Shown piece by piece: positions 1 through 9,478 of a DNA stretch of 22,642 bases; the stretch's first letter is position 1; the number at the start of each line of letters is the position of its first letter. A model generated the notes under the pieces. That model was not told the origin of the DNA. It made no database searches and was given only the letters and a program-made list of their open reading frames with translations. The position numbers were made by a program, and so were the translations under genes. This DNA is from a bacterium (GTDB lineage: Bacteria; Sysuimicrobiota; Sysuimicrobiia; Sysuimicrobiales; Kaftiobacteriaceae): positions 1-22,642 of the forward strand of contig JBIOWP010000052.1 of assembly GCA_044868695.1 (NCBI GenBank). Direction: 5' to 3'.

Positions 1-90
1 CCGGTGGCGCTGGAAGAGGGGCTGCGGTTCGCGATCCGGGAAGGCGGGCGGACGGTGGGGGCCGGTGTGGTCGCTAAGGTGACGGAGTAA
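1..90 (+). CDS. tuf: Elongation factor Tu, C-terminal fragment (5' partial)
   Basis: Frame 1 reads [29 protein letters not shown], the EF-Tu C-terminus; TAA 88-90 overlaps the rpsJ ATG. Confidence 0.96.
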   Translation, partial: PVALEEGLRFAIREGGRTVGAGVVAKVTE

Positions 91-395
91 TGGCCCAGCG
101 CATCCGCATCAAGCTGAAGGCCTTCGACCATAAGGTCCTCGACCAGTCCGCGGAACGCATCGTGGAAACGGTGCGCCGGACCGGCGCCCGCGTCTCTGGG
201 CCGGTGCCGCTGCCGACGGCGCGCAACATTTTCTGTGTGACCCGCTCGCCGCATGTCGACAAGGAGTCGATGGAGCACTTCGAACTGCGGACGCACAAGC
301 GCTTGATCGACATCCTCGAGCCGACGCAGAAGACGGTCGATGCCTTGAGCCACTTGGACCTGCCGGCGGGCGTGGATATTGAGATCAAACTCTAG
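90..395 (+). CDS. rpsJ: 30S ribosomal protein S10
   Basis: [35 protein letters not shown] motifs; operon position. Confidence 0.98.
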   Translation: MAQRIRIKLKAFDHKVLDQSAERIVETVRRTGARVSGPVPLPTARNIFCVTRSPHVDKESMEHFELRTHKRLIDILEPTQKTVDALSHLDLPAGVDIEIKL

Positions 396-401
396 CGTGA
401 T

Positions 402-481
402 GATTTCGGATTGCGAATTGTCGATTGCGAATTGGAGCAGCAGGATCGTCAATCCGCAATTCCCAATCCGAAATTCGAAAT
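402..481. repeat. Inverted pair of 7-nt tandem arrays
   Basis: GATTTCG GATTGCG AATTGTC GATTGCG AATTGGA (402-436), then CAATCCG CAATTCC CAATCCG AAATTCG AAAT (450-481), an approximate reverse complement. Confidence 0.85.
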
Positions 482-493
482 ACAGGGTATGAG

Positions 494-1138
494 ATGACGG
501 CGATTCTTGGGCGGAAACTGGGTATGACGCAGCTCTTCACCGACCAGGGCGACCTGGTGCCCGTGACGGTGATTCAAGCCGGTCCCTGCGTGGTGACGGA
601 GATCCGCACCGCCAAGCGGGACGGATACGCGGCCGTCCAGGTGGGCTTCGAGGCACTGCCCGAGCGCAAGGTCCGCAAGCCGATGAAGGGCGTGTTCGCG
701 CGCGCCAAGACCGCGCCGCGGCGCGTCCTCCGCGAATTTCCCCCTGCCGCCGGCGAGACCTACGCGGTGGGCCAGGAGATCACCGTGGCGGCGTTTGCGG
801 GCGGCGATCTCGTCGACGTGGTCGGAACCAGCAAGGGGCGCGGCTTTTCAGGCGGAATGAAGCGCCACAATTTCAGCGGCCAGAGATCGACGCACGGCGT
901 GTCGCTCATGCACCGCGCGATCGGGTCCATCGGGTCCTCGGACATGGGCCGGGTGTGGCCGGGCAAGCGCATGTCCGGCCGGTTCGGGGGCGAGCGGGTG
1001 ACGGTGAAGAGTCTGCGGGTAGTGAAGGTGGACGCCGGACAGCACCTGCTGCTGGTCAGGGGCGCTATCCCCGGGCCCCGCGGCAGCCTGGTGGTCGTGC
1101 GCAAGATTGCCGCCTCACCCGCGCGGAGCGCGAGGTAA
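494..1138 (+). CDS. rplC: 50S ribosomal protein L3
   Basis: MTAILGRKLGMTQ, VPVTVI, GTSKGRGF motifs; ATG 494 preferred over TTG 425, which reads through the repeat array. Confidence 0.96.
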   Translation: MTAILGRKLGMTQLFTDQGDLVPVTVIQAGPCVVTEIRTAKRDGYAAVQVGFEALPERKVRKPMKGVFARAKTAPRRVLREFPPAAGETYAVGQEITVAAFAGGDLVDVVGTSKGRGFSGGMKRHNFSGQRSTHGVSLMHRAIGSIGSSDMGRVWPGKRMSGRFGGERVTVKSLRVVKVDAGQHLLLVRGAIPGPRGSLVVVRKIAASPARSAR

Positions 1139-1143
1139 GCACG

Positions 1144-1770
1144 ATGCCGACGGCACAGGCGTTTGACGCGCAGGGCAAAGGGACCGGGACGGTGGAGCTG
1201 CCGGCAGAGGTCTTCGGCATCAAGCCGCACACGGCGGTCGTCCACGAGGTGCTGGTGGCCCAACAGGCTAACCGCCGCGCAGGCACGCACGCGACGAAGA
1301 CACGGGGCGAGGTGGCGTACAGCACGCGAAAGATCTGGCGGCAGAAGGGCACCGGCCGCGCGCGGCACGGGAGCCGGAAAGCTCCCATCTTTGTCGGCGG
1401 CGGCGTGACGTTCGGCCCGCGGCCCCGCGACCATTCCCAGGGCACGCCTAAGAAGGTGCGTCACCTGGCGGTGCGGTCGGCGCTGTCGGCGAAGGCGGCC
1501 GGCGGGCAGGTGGTCGTCATCGACCCGCCCGTGCTGGAAGCCCCGCGCACGAAAGTGGTTGCCGCACTGCTCCGCGCGCTGCCCGTCAGCGGCAGGACGC
1601 TGATCGTGACCGCGGTTCCCGACGGGACGCTGGCGCGATCGGCTGCGAACCTGCCGCGTGTGGCGGTGCGCCCGGCGGCGTCCATTACCGTGCACGACGT
1701 CCTGACGGCCGACGCGGTGGTCGTGACTGTCCCGGCGCTGGCCGCGCTGGCGGCGGTGTTTGGGAAATGA
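1144..1770 (+). CDS. rplD: 50S ribosomal protein L4
   Basis: TKTRGEV, RQKGTGRARHGS, GGGVTFGPRPR; ATG 1144 follows a GAGGT SD. Confidence 0.96.
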   Translation: MPTAQAFDAQGKGTGTVELPAEVFGIKPHTAVVHEVLVAQQANRRAGTHATKTRGEVAYSTRKIWRQKGTGRARHGSRKAPIFVGGGVTFGPRPRDHSQGTPKKVRHLAVRSALSAKAAGGQVVVIDPPVLEAPRTKVVAALLRALPVSGRTLIVTAVPDGTLARSAANLPRVAVRPAASITVHDVLTADAVVVTVPALAALAAVFGK

Positions 1771-2054
1771 CGGACCCGCGTGTTGTCGTCCGCAGGCCCA
1801 TCCTGACCGAGAAGAGCATGCGCGGGACGGAGACCGGCAAGTATACGTTTGAGGTCGCGCCCGAAGCCAACAAACCGGCCATCAGGGACGCGGTGCAGCG
1901 GCTGTTCAACGTGCGGGTGCTGAGGGTCAATACCATCACGATCCCGGGCCGGCTCCGGCGGAGAGGACAGCATTATCTCCATACGAGCGGCTACAAGAAA
2001 GCCGTGGTGACGCTGGCGCCGGGACAGAAGATCGATCTGGAGACGTTGACGTAG
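1767..2054 (+). CDS. rplW: 50S ribosomal protein L23
   Basis: [24 protein letters not shown] overlap with rplD. Confidence 0.97.
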   Translation: MTDPRVVVRRPILTEKSMRGTETGKYTFEVAPEANKPAIRDAVQRLFNVRVLRVNTITIPGRLRRRGQHYLHTSGYKKAVVTLAPGQKIDLETLT

Positions 2055-2067
2055 TCGGGAGGTAGTT

Positions 2068-2892
2068 ATGGGCCTGAAAAAATTCAAGCCGGTCACGCCG
2101 GGACAGCGTTTTGCGACTGTGCCGACGTTTGACGAGATCACCAAGAAGACACCCGAGCGCTCGCTGATCGAGCCGATGCGCAAGTCAGGCGGCCGCAACG
2201 CGCAGGGCAGAGTGACGGTGCGCCACCGGGGCGGCGGAGCCAAGCGCTACTACCGTCTCGTGGACTTCAAACGCGACAAGGACGGCGTGCCGGCGAGGGT
2301 CGCCGCGATCGAGTACGACCCGAACCGTTCCGCCCGCCTGGCGCTCCTGCACTATGCCGACGGGGAGAAGCGGTACATCCTGGCGCCGGAAGGGCTGGCC
2401 GCGGGGGATGCGGTCGTGTCGGGGGCGGAGGCGGAAATCCGTCCCGGCAACGCGATACCGCTGCGCAACATCCCGGTCGGCACGATGATTCACAACATCG
2501 AACTGTTCCCACACAAGGGCGGCCAGATGGTGCGCTCTGCCGGCACGGCCGCGCAGGTGATGGCCAAGGAGGGCGACTACGCCCACGTCCGGCTTCCGTC
2601 CGGCGAGGTGCGGCTGGTCGGCCTCGACTGCAAAGCGACGATCGGGCAGGTCGGCAATGTGGAACACGATGCGATCACGCTGGGCAAGGCCGGCCGGTCC
2701 CGCTGGCTGGGCATCCGGCCGACCGTCCGCGGCGTGGCGATGGATCCGGCGAGCCATCCGCACGGGGGTGGCGAAGGCCGCTCGCCGATCGGCATGCCCG
2801 GTCCCGTGAGCCCATGGGGGAAGCCGACGCTGGGAGCCAAGACGCGCAAGCGGAAGCGTAGCGATCAGTTCATTGTGAAGCGGAGGAAATAG
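2068..2892 (+). CDS. rplB: 50S ribosomal protein L2
   Basis: [51 protein letters not shown]. Confidence 0.98.
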   Translation: MGLKKFKPVTPGQRFATVPTFDEITKKTPERSLIEPMRKSGGRNAQGRVTVRHRGGGAKRYYRLVDFKRDKDGVPARVAAIEYDPNRSARLALLHYADGEKRYILAPEGLAAGDAVVSGAEAEIRPGNAIPLRNIPVGTMIHNIELFPHKGGQMVRSAGTAAQVMAKEGDYAHVRLPSGEVRLVGLDCKATIGQVGNVEHDAITLGKAGRSRWLGIRPTVRGVAMDPASHPHGGGEGRSPIGMPGPVSPWGKPTLGAKTRKRKRSDQFIVKRRK

Positions 2893-2898
2893 GCCCGT

Positions 2899-3258
2899 AT
2901 GGCACGGTCAACAAAGAAGGGACCATTCATCGACGAGCACCTGATTGAGAAGATCCGGGAACTGAACCGGACCAGGGAGCGCCGCGTCATCAAGACGTGG
3001 TCTCGGCGGTCGACGATCCTCCCCGAGATGGTTGGGCATACGATCGCCGTTTACGACGGGCGCAAACATGTTCCCATCTACATCTCCGAGCAGATGGTGG
3101 GACACAAGCTGGGCGAGTTCTCGCCGACGCGCACCTTCAAGGGACACGGTGTGGCCGGTGCCGCCGCGGCTGCGGCGGCGGCGGCAGAGCGCACGACGGG
3201 TGTGACCCCGTCCGCGCCGGCCCCGGGGACGCCGCCGGCCGCGCCCACGGGTTCGTGA
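2899..3258 (+). CDS. rpsS: 30S ribosomal protein S19 with Ala/Pro-rich C-terminal tail
   Basis: [33 protein letters not shown]. Confidence 0.97.
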   Translation: MARSTKKGPFIDEHLIEKIRELNRTRERRVIKTWSRRSTILPEMVGHTIAVYDGRKHVPIYISEQMVGHKLGEFSPTRTFKGHGVAGAAAAAAAAAERTTGVTPSAPAPGTPPAAPTGS

Positions 3259-3269
3259 GCGCATAGCCG

Positions 3270-3608
3270 ATGGAGACGAAAGCTGTCGCAAAATACGTCA
3301 GGCTCTCGCCGAAGAAGATGCAGCGGCTCGTCCAGATGATCCGAGGCCGCCCGGTGAAGGATGCGCAGGCGTTGCTGCGATTCATGCCCTCGCCCGCGGC
3401 GCGCGCCCTGGAGAAGGCGCTGAATTCGGCGGTGGCCAACGCCGAGAACAATCTGGAACTCGATCGGGGGACGCTGGTGGTGGCCCGGGCCTACGTGGAC
3501 GAGGGGCCGACGATGAAGCGGGTGCAGTCTCGAGCCCGCGGCCGCGCCGATGTTGTCGCCCGGCACAGCAGCCACATCACGGTGGTCGTAGCTGATAGCG
3601 GAGGATAG
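3270..3608 (+). CDS. rplV: 50S ribosomal protein L22
   Basis: RLSPKK, SAVANAENN, VDEGPTMKR, RARGRA, SHITVVV. Confidence 0.97.
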   Translation: METKAVAKYVRLSPKKMQRLVQMIRGRPVKDAQALLRFMPSPAARALEKALNSAVANAENNLELDRGTLVVARAYVDEGPTMKRVQSRARGRADVVARHSSHITVVVADSGG

Positions 3609-3638
3609 AAGCTTGAAGACGAGTCTGGGGGTGTCGTA

Positions 3639-4439
3639 GTGGGGCAGAAGATTCACCCGATCGGGCTGCGGGTCGGGATCATCCGGGACTGGGAGTCGCG
3701 CTGGTTCGGCAAGAACATGGCGGGCCTCATCCAGGAAGATCTGGGCATCCGCACCCACATCAAGAAGAAGCTGTCGCGGGCCGGGATTTCGCGTGTCGAG
3801 ATCGAGCGGTTCGGCACGCAGTCCGGGGTGGGGGGCAAGCCGCAGGTGCGGGTGATCATCCATGCCGCCCGGCCCGGGATCATCATCGGCCGCGGCGGGA
3901 CCGGGATTGATGCCCTCAAGAAAGAGCTGGACGAGCTCACCGGCAAGCAGGTGCAGCTGAACGTGCAGGAGATCCGACGCCCTGAACTTGAGGCCCTCCT
4001 GGTCGCGGAGAACGTCGCGCAGCAGCTGGAGCGCCGCGTGGCCTACCGCCGCGCCATGAAGCAGGCGGTGCAGCGCAGTCTGCGCGCGGGAGCCAAGGGC
4101 ATCCGCATCGCGTGCGCGGGGCGGCTGGCCGGATCGGAGATCGCCCGATACGAGTGGTACCGCGAGGGCCGCGTCCCCCTGCACACGCTGCGGGCGGACA
4201 TCGATTTCGGTATCGCGGAGGCGCTGACGACGTACGGGCGGATCGGTGTCAAGGTTTGGGTCTACCGGGGGGACATCCTTCCCGAGCGGCGGGCCGAGGT
4301 GGAGGTCCGACGGCCCCCGCGGGTGGCGGATTCTACTGCTGCCGGTGCCGCAGGCGGAGAGCCGGACCGCACCGTGGTGATCCCCACCAAGGCGCCGCGT
4401 CCCGTGGTGACCAGGAGAGAACCCGATGCTGATGCCTAA
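3639..4439 (+). CDS. rpsC: 30S ribosomal protein S3
   Basis: GTG start; [44 protein letters not shown]. Confidence 0.97.
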   Translation: MGQKIHPIGLRVGIIRDWESRWFGKNMAGLIQEDLGIRTHIKKKLSRAGISRVEIERFGTQSGVGGKPQVRVIIHAARPGIIIGRGGTGIDALKKELDELTGKQVQLNVQEIRRPELEALLVAENVAQQLERRVAYRRAMKQAVQRSLRAGAKGIRIACAGRLAGSEIARYEWYREGRVPLHTLRADIDFGIAEALTTYGRIGVKVWVYRGDILPERRAEVEVRRPPRVADSTAAGAAGGEPDRTVVIPTKAPRPVVTRREPDADA

Positions 4440-4845
4440 GCGCTCCAAGTTCCGGAAGGCGCACCGCGGCCGCATGAAGGGCCGCCCGCTGGCCGGGGCG
4501 ACGATCGCATTCGGCGAGTACGGCCTCCAGGCGCTGGAGCCAGCGTGGATCACCAGCGCGCAGATCGAGGCGGCCCGGCGCGCGGTGACGCGCTTCATCA
4601 AGCGCGGGGGGAAGCTGTGGATCCGGATTTTCCCGGACAAGCCGGTGACAAAGAAGCCGGCGGAGACCCGCATGGGGAGCGGCAAGGGCAACCCCGAGTT
4701 CTGGGTGGCGGTGGTCCGGCCCGGCCGCATCCTCCTCGAGCTCGCCGGGGTGGACGTCGCGCACGCCAAAGAAGCGATGACGCTGGCGGCCCACAAGCTG
4801 CCGATCAAGACGAAGTTCGTCGTCCGGGAAGAGGCGGTGGTCTAG
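4426..4845 (+). CDS. rplP: 50S ribosomal protein L16
   Basis: [37 protein letters not shown]. Confidence 0.98.
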   Translation: MLMPKRSKFRKAHRGRMKGRPLAGATIAFGEYGLQALEPAWITSAQIEAARRAVTRFIKRGGKLWIRIFPDKPVTKKPAETRMGSGKGNPEFWVAVVRPGRILLELAGVDVAHAKEAMTLAAHKLPIKTKFVVREEAVV

Positions 4846-5042
4846 TGGCCCTGGAGACGTCGGACCTGCGGGAACTGACGGTCGATGAGCTGGTGAGGAA
4901 ACTCGACGAGGTGCAGCGCGAGCTGTTCACGATCCGGCTGCGCGTGGCCGGACAGCAGCCCAACACGACCAAGATCGGCGAGCTGCGCCGGGATGTGGCC
5001 CGGTTGAAGACGGTGCTGGGAGAAAAGGGAGTACGAGCGTGA
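4845..5042 (+). CDS. rpmC: 50S ribosomal protein L29
   Basis: GTG 4845 overlaps the rplP TAG; 65 aa, [10 protein letters not shown]...ELFTIR...[11 protein letters not shown]; lies between rplP and rpsQ. Confidence 0.92.
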   Translation: MALETSDLRELTVDELVRKLDEVQRELFTIRLRVAGQQPNTTKIGELRRDVARLKTVLGEKGVRA

Positions 5043-5299
5043 CGGACGAGCGCGGACAGCGCAAGACCCAGGTTGGCGTGGTGGTGAGCGACAAGATGCA
5101 GAAAACGGTGGTCGTGCGCGTCCAGACGACGCGCCGGCACCCGATGTACGGGAAGACGCACCGGCACGTCCGGAAGTTCAAGGCCCACAGCGAGGACAAT
5201 CAGGCTCGCGCGGGCGACACGGTGCTCATCGAGCAAACGCGTCCCCTGAGCAAGGAGAAGCACTGGCGGGTGGTCCAGATCCTGGAGAAAGCGCGATGA
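5039..5299 (+). CDS. rpsQ: 30S ribosomal protein S17
   Basis: [30 protein letters not shown]. Confidence 0.97.
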   Translation: MTDERGQRKTQVGVVVSDKMQKTVVVRVQTTRRHPMYGKTHRHVRKFKAHSEDNQARAGDTVLIEQTRPLSKEKHWRVVQILEKAR

Positions 5300-5664
5300 T
5301 CCAGAACTACACGCGCCTCAAGGTGGCTGACAACACCGGCGCTAGGCAGCTGATGGTCATCCGGGTGCTCAGCGGCAGCAACCGCCGCTACGCAACCATC
5401 GGAGACGTCGTCGTGTGCACGGTGAAGCAGGCGATCGCCAACAGTCCGGTCAAGAAGGGCGAGGTGGTGCGGGCGGTCGTCGTGCGCACGACGCGGTCGG
5501 TGCGCCGGCCCGACGGATCCTACATCCGTTTTGACGACAACGCGGGGGTCATCCTCACCGACGCGCTCAATCCGCGCGGCACGCGGATCTTCGGTCCTGT
5601 GGCGCGCGAGCTGAGGGAGAAGCAGTTCATGAAGATCATTTCGCTCGCCCCGGAGGTTCTCTGA
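5296..5664 (+). CDS. rplN: 50S ribosomal protein L14
   Basis: [33 protein letters not shown]. Confidence 0.98.
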   Translation: MIQNYTRLKVADNTGARQLMVIRVLSGSNRRYATIGDVVVCTVKQAIANSPVKKGEVVRAVVVRTTRSVRRPDGSYIRFDDNAGVILTDALNPRGTRIFGPVARELREKQFMKIISLAPEVL

Positions 5665-5669
5665 CGGCG

Positions 5670-6011
5670 ATGGCTGTGACGGCTGATCGGGAGCAGATTC
5701 ACGTCAAGAAGGGCGACACGGTCGAGATCATCGCCGGCCGCCAGCGGGGCAAGCGCGGCAAGGTGCTGAGCATCTTCTCGAAGCACGGGAAGATCATCGT
5801 CGAGGGCGTGAACGTCGTCAAGCGCCACAGCAAGCCGACGCAGAAGCTGCCCCAGGGCGGGATTGTCGAAAAGGAAGCGCCCATCTACAGCAGCCGGGCA
5901 ATGCTGGTCTGTCCGAAGTGCGGGCGCGCGGCCCGCGTTGGCCGGGGGTATCTCGCCGACGGCACCAAGGTGCGTACATGCAAGCGGTGCGGGGAGCAGA
6001 TTGAGAAATGA
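5670..6011 (+). CDS. rplX: 50S ribosomal protein L24 (CxxC...CxxC type)
   Basis: [16 protein letters not shown] motif, [24 protein letters not shown]...CKRC. Confidence 0.97.
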   Translation: MAVTADREQIHVKKGDTVEIIAGRQRGKRGKVLSIFSKHGKIIVEGVNVVKRHSKPTQKLPQGGIVEKEAPIYSSRAMLVCPKCGRAARVGRGYLADGTKVRTCKRCGEQIEK

Positions 6012-6904
6012 CTGACGCCAAGAAACGCACAGGCTCGGAGCGGAAGCCTCCAGAGCACAAAGCGGCGGAGCCGGTCAAGGCCGAGCGCAAGACCGCGGAG
6101 GGGAAGGCCCCGGGGCGGAAGGGCGCCGAGCCCAAGGCGGCAGGCCCCAAGGCCGCGGCGCCAAAGGCTGCCGAGCAGAAGGTCCCGGAAGCGAAGGTCT
6201 CCCAGCCGAAAGCACCGGAGCAGCCGAAGGCGCCGGAGCCGAAGGCGCCCGAGCGGAAGGCTCCCGAGCGAAAGACGGGGGCGCCCGAGCCCGCGGTCCG
6301 GCCGGCCGAGGGGCCGCAGGAGCCGAGGGTGCCGGCCCGCCTGAAGGAGCTCTATCGCACAGAGGCCATCCCCCGGCTGCGGGAGCGGTTTCACTACCGC
6401 AACGTGATGGAGGTGCCGCGGCTGGAGAAGGTCGTGGTCAACGTCCGTGTGGGAGACGCCACAACCGACGCAAGGTTCTTGGACAAGGCGGTGGAGGAGC
6501 TCACGCTGATCGCGGGCCAGAAGCCGGTCATCCCGCGGTCGAAGAAGTCCATCGCTGCGTTCAAGCTGCGAAAGGGCATTCCCATTGCGGCGAAAGTGAC
6601 CCTGCGGGGTGACCGTATGTACGAGTTTGTGGACAAGCTCTTCAACGCGGCGTTCCCGCGCATCAAGGACTTTAGAGGCATCTCGGAGCGCCAGTTCGAC
6701 GGACGCGGCAACCTGAATATCGGGGTACGCGAGCAGTTGATTTTTCCGGAGATTGACTATGACAAAGTCGAGAAGGTCCGCGGGATGGACATTACTCTAG
6801 TGACGACCGCCCGCACAGATGAAGAGGCGAAGGAATTGCTGCGGATGCTCGGCCTGCCGCTGGGGGAAGCGGCGGCTGCGGCCCAGGGGGGACGACGTGG
6901 CTAA
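6008..6904 (+). CDS. rplE: 50S ribosomal protein L5 with long N-terminal repeat extension (alternative start GTG 6329)
   Basis: Core [47 protein letters not shown] 6008 overlaps the rplX stop; start position uncertain. Confidence 0.93.
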   Translation: MTDAKKRTGSERKPPEHKAAEPVKAERKTAEGKAPGRKGAEPKAAGPKAAAPKAAEQKVPEAKVSQPKAPEQPKAPEPKAPERKAPERKTGAPEPAVRPAEGPQEPRVPARLKELYRTEAIPRLRERFHYRNVMEVPRLEKVVVNVRVGDATTDARFLDKAVEELTLIAGQKPVIPRSKKSIAAFKLRKGIPIAAKVTLRGDRMYEFVDKLFNAAFPRIKDFRGISERQFDGRGNLNIGVREQLIFPEIDYDKVEKVRGMDITLVTTARTDEEAKELLRMLGLPLGEAAAAAQGGRRG

Positions 6905-7082
6905 GAAGTCGATGCTCGAGAAGTGGAAGCGAACGCCAAAGTTCAAGGTGCGCAAGTATTCGCGCTGCCTGCGGTGCGGCCGCCCTCGCGCGGTGTTCCG
7001 GAAGTTCGGCCTGTGCCGCATCTGTCTCAGGCAGCTGGCGCACCGGGGCGAGATCCCCGGCGTGGTCAAGGCGAGCTGGTGA
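6897..7082 (+). CDS. rpsZ: 30S ribosomal protein S14, zinc-binding type Z (61 aa)
   Basis: GTG 6897; AKKSM...RCLRCGR...[25 protein letters not shown]. Confidence 0.95.
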   Translation: MAKKSMLEKWKRTPKFKVRKYSRCLRCGRPRAVFRKFGLCRICLRQLAHRGEIPGVVKASW

Positions 7083-7104
7083 CGTTGTTGAGGGGGTTCC
7101 GAGC

Positions 7105-7506
7105 GTGGGTGTGATTACCGATCCGATCTCTGACATGCTGACGCGGATTCGCAACGGCGTCCGGGCACGGCACGATCACGTGGACGTGCCTGCGAGCCGT
7201 CTGAAGTTGGAGATTGCGCGGATCCTGAAAGACGAGGGGTTTATCGCCGACTGGCACCGCATCGACCGCGGGCCGCAGGGCCTGCTGCGGATCACCCTCA
7301 AGTACGGGCCCCGCAAGGAGTCCGTCCTATCTGGAGTACACCGGATGAGCCGCCCGGGGCTGCGGCTCTACGCGGGCCGGATGGAGATCCCCCGCGTGCG
7401 CGGGGGCATGGGCGTGGTCATTATGACCACGTCGCGCGGGGTGATGACCGACCGGCAGGCCCGCCGGCTCGGCATCGGCGGCGAGGTGATTTGCTATGTC
7501 TGGTAA
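7105..7506 (+). CDS. rpsH: 30S ribosomal protein S8
   Basis: [45 protein letters not shown] before GTG 7105. Confidence 0.97.
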   Translation: MGVITDPISDMLTRIRNGVRARHDHVDVPASRLKLEIARILKDEGFIADWHRIDRGPQGLLRITLKYGPRKESVLSGVHRMSRPGLRLYAGRMEIPRVRGGMGVVIMTTSRGVMTDRQARRLGIGGEVICYVW

Positions 7507-7524
7507 TCGCATGGAGGTCTGCGG

Positions 7525-8079
7525 ATGTCGCGGGTAGGAAAGGCGCCGATCGCGATCCCCAAGGGCGTCGAGGTTAAGGTCAGCGGACGCTCCGTCGAGG
7601 TCAAGGGACCCAAGGGGCGCCTGGTCCGTGAGTGCCATCCCGATATGACCGTGCAGGTAGAAGACGGCACGGTCGTCGTGCGCCGGCCGACCGACCTGGA
7701 GCATCACCGGGCGCTGCACGGGCTCACGCGCGCCTTGCTGGCCAACATGGTCTATGGTGTTGTCTCGGGCTACAAGGTGGAGCTGGAGATTGTTGGGGTC
7801 GGGTACCGCGCCGCCAAACAGGGCAGCGCCTTGTCCCTGCAGGTCGGTTTCTCCCATCCGGCCGAGGTCGTGCCGCCGGAAGGGATTCAGTTCGACCTGC
7901 CGCAGCCGACACGGATCGTGGTCAATGGCATCGACAAGGAACTGGTCGGGCAGGTTGGAGCGCGCATCCGCGCCATCCGGCCCCCCGACCCGTACAAGGG
8001 GAAAGGCATCCGGTATGCGGACGAGCACATCAAGCTGAAGCCCGGCAAGGCGGGGCGCACGATCGGCGGAAAGGTCTAG
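7525..8079 (+). CDS. rplF: 50S ribosomal protein L6
   Basis: MSRVGKAPI, VKGPKG, GVGYRA, GFSHP, RPPDPYKGKGIRY. Confidence 0.98.
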   Translation: MSRVGKAPIAIPKGVEVKVSGRSVEVKGPKGRLVRECHPDMTVQVEDGTVVVRRPTDLEHHRALHGLTRALLANMVYGVVSGYKVELEIVGVGYRAAKQGSALSLQVGFSHPAEVVPPEGIQFDLPQPTRIVVNGIDKELVGQVGARIRAIRPPDPYKGKGIRYADEHIKLKPGKAGRTIGGKV

Positions 8080-8089
8080 GGAACCGTAG

Positions 8090-8458
8090 ATGCTGAAGCG
8101 ATCTGACCGCAACGTGCTCCGCCTGCAGCGCCATGCCCGTCTCCGGAAGGCGATGGCGGGGACGCCCGCGCGGCCGCGGCTGTCCGTGTTCCGCAGCCTC
8201 AAGCACATCTACGCTCAGATCGTGGACGACAGCAAGGGCGCAACGCTGGCGGCCGCGTCGACGCGCGATCCCGAGCTTCGCGACTCGGTCAAAGGCAAGA
8301 AGAAGGCTGACGCGGGTGTGCTCGTCGGCCAGCTCATCGCCCGGCGCGCGCTGGAGAAGGGCATCAAGCAGGTCGTCTTTGACCGCGGAGGTTATAAGTA
8401 TCACGGTCGCGTCAAAGCGCTGGCCGACGCGGCCCGCAAGGCGGGACTCCAATTCTAA
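8090..8458 (+). CDS. rplR: 50S ribosomal protein L18
   Basis: [36 protein letters not shown]. Confidence 0.98.
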   Translation: MLKRSDRNVLRLQRHARLRKAMAGTPARPRLSVFRSLKHIYAQIVDDSKGATLAAASTRDPELRDSVKGKKKADAGVLVGQLIARRALEKGIKQVVFDRGGYKYHGRVKALADAARKAGLQF

Positions 8459-8468
8459 GGGAGGATTC

Positions 8469-8987
8469 ATGCCGATCAAGAGAGTTGACCCCTCGACCGT
8501 CAATCTGACCGTCGAGAAGGCGGTCTGGATCAACCGGGTCGCGAAGGTCACCAAGGGCGCGAAGCGCTTCAACTTCGCCGCCCTGGTCGTCGTGGGGGAC
8601 GAGCAGGGCCACGTCGGGGTCGGCCTCGGCAAGGCCGCCGAAGTGCCGGATGCCATCCGCAAAGCCGTTGAGGACGCGAAGAAGGAGCTGATCGAGGTCC
8701 CCCTGCGGAAGACGACCATCCCTCATGAGGTGATCGGCTACTTCAGCGCGTCGAAGGTGCTGCTGAAGCCCGCTTCCGAAGGGACCGGCGTCATCGCCGG
8801 CGGGTCCGTCCGCGCGGTGCTGGAGGCGGCCGGCATCCGGGACATCCTGACGAAATCGCTGGGGTCGCGCAACCCGATCAACCAGGCCCGGGCCGCGCTG
8901 GTCGCCCTCCTGGATCTGCGCCAGCCCGAAGACGTAGCCAGGACGAGGGGCAAGCCGGTGGAGGAGTACGCCGGGTCGAGGAGATGA
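8469..8987 (+). CDS. rpsE: 30S ribosomal protein S5
   Basis: ATG 8469 after [45 protein letters not shown]. Confidence 0.97.
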   Translation: MPIKRVDPSTVNLTVEKAVWINRVAKVTKGAKRFNFAALVVVGDEQGHVGVGLGKAAEVPDAIRKAVEDAKKELIEVPLRKTTIPHEVIGYFSASKVLLKPASEGTGVIAGGSVRAVLEAAGIRDILTKSLGSRNPINQARAALVALLDLRQPEDVARTRGKPVEEYAGSRR

Positions 8988-9478
8988 TGGTGGTGCTGAC
9001 GGTTGGCAACGTGAAACCCGCCCGGGGAGCGCGGCGCAGGCGCCGTCGTGTTGGCCGCGGCTTGGGCTCAGGCCGCGGGTCGTACAGCGGCCGCGGCCGC
9101 AAGGGCCAGCAGGCGCGGGCGGGTTCCGGCCCCCGTCCGGGATTCGAGGGCGGGCAGACCATTCTCGCGAAGCGCATCCCCTTCCAGAGGGGCGTGCGGG
9201 CCGGCGGCGTCAGCCACGCCGGTGGCGTGCGGCAGGAGAAGTATGTTCCCGTGAACCTGGACGCGCTCAAGCGGTTCCCGGCCAACAGCGAGGTCACCCC
9301 TCAGGTCCTGGAGGAAGCGCGCCTCATCAAGGGGGGACGGGTGAAGATCTTGGGCGACGGGACGCTGGACCGCGCCCTGGTCGTCAAGGCGCATGCATTC
9401 AGCAAACGCGCCGCAGAGGCCATCGCCCAGGCGGGCGGTCGCACAGAGGTGATCGAGGATGCTGGCCGGACTGATTAA
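8984..9478 (+). CDS. rplO: 50S ribosomal protein L15
   Basis: [39 protein letters not shown] overlap with rpsE. Confidence 0.96.
   Translation: MMVVLTVGNVKPARGARRRRRRVGRGLGSGRGSYSGRGRKGQQARAGSGPRPGFEGGQTILAKRIPFQRGVRAGGVSHAGGVRQEKYVPVNLDALKRFPANSEVTPQVLEEARLIKGGRVKILGDGTLDRALVVKAHAFSKRAAEAIAQAGGRTEVIEDAGRTD

Noticed and set aside
425..493. Upstream extensions of L3, and likewise L4 (955), L29 (4545), S14 (6819), S5 (8133) and EcfA2 (16350)
   Set aside because: Longest-ORF artefacts; family N-termini and SD or coupling signals point to the downstream starts
489..497. Mini-ORF ATG-AGA-TGA overlapping the rplC start
   Set aside because: Two codons with no well-spaced SD; likely chance
3078..4808. 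576-aa minus-strand ORF and other long antisense ORFs (760-1695, 9399-10307, 10717-11670, 14204-15361, 19166-19810, 19807-20847)
   Set aside because: Shadows of conserved genes in high-GC DNA with few stop codons; no recognisable motifs
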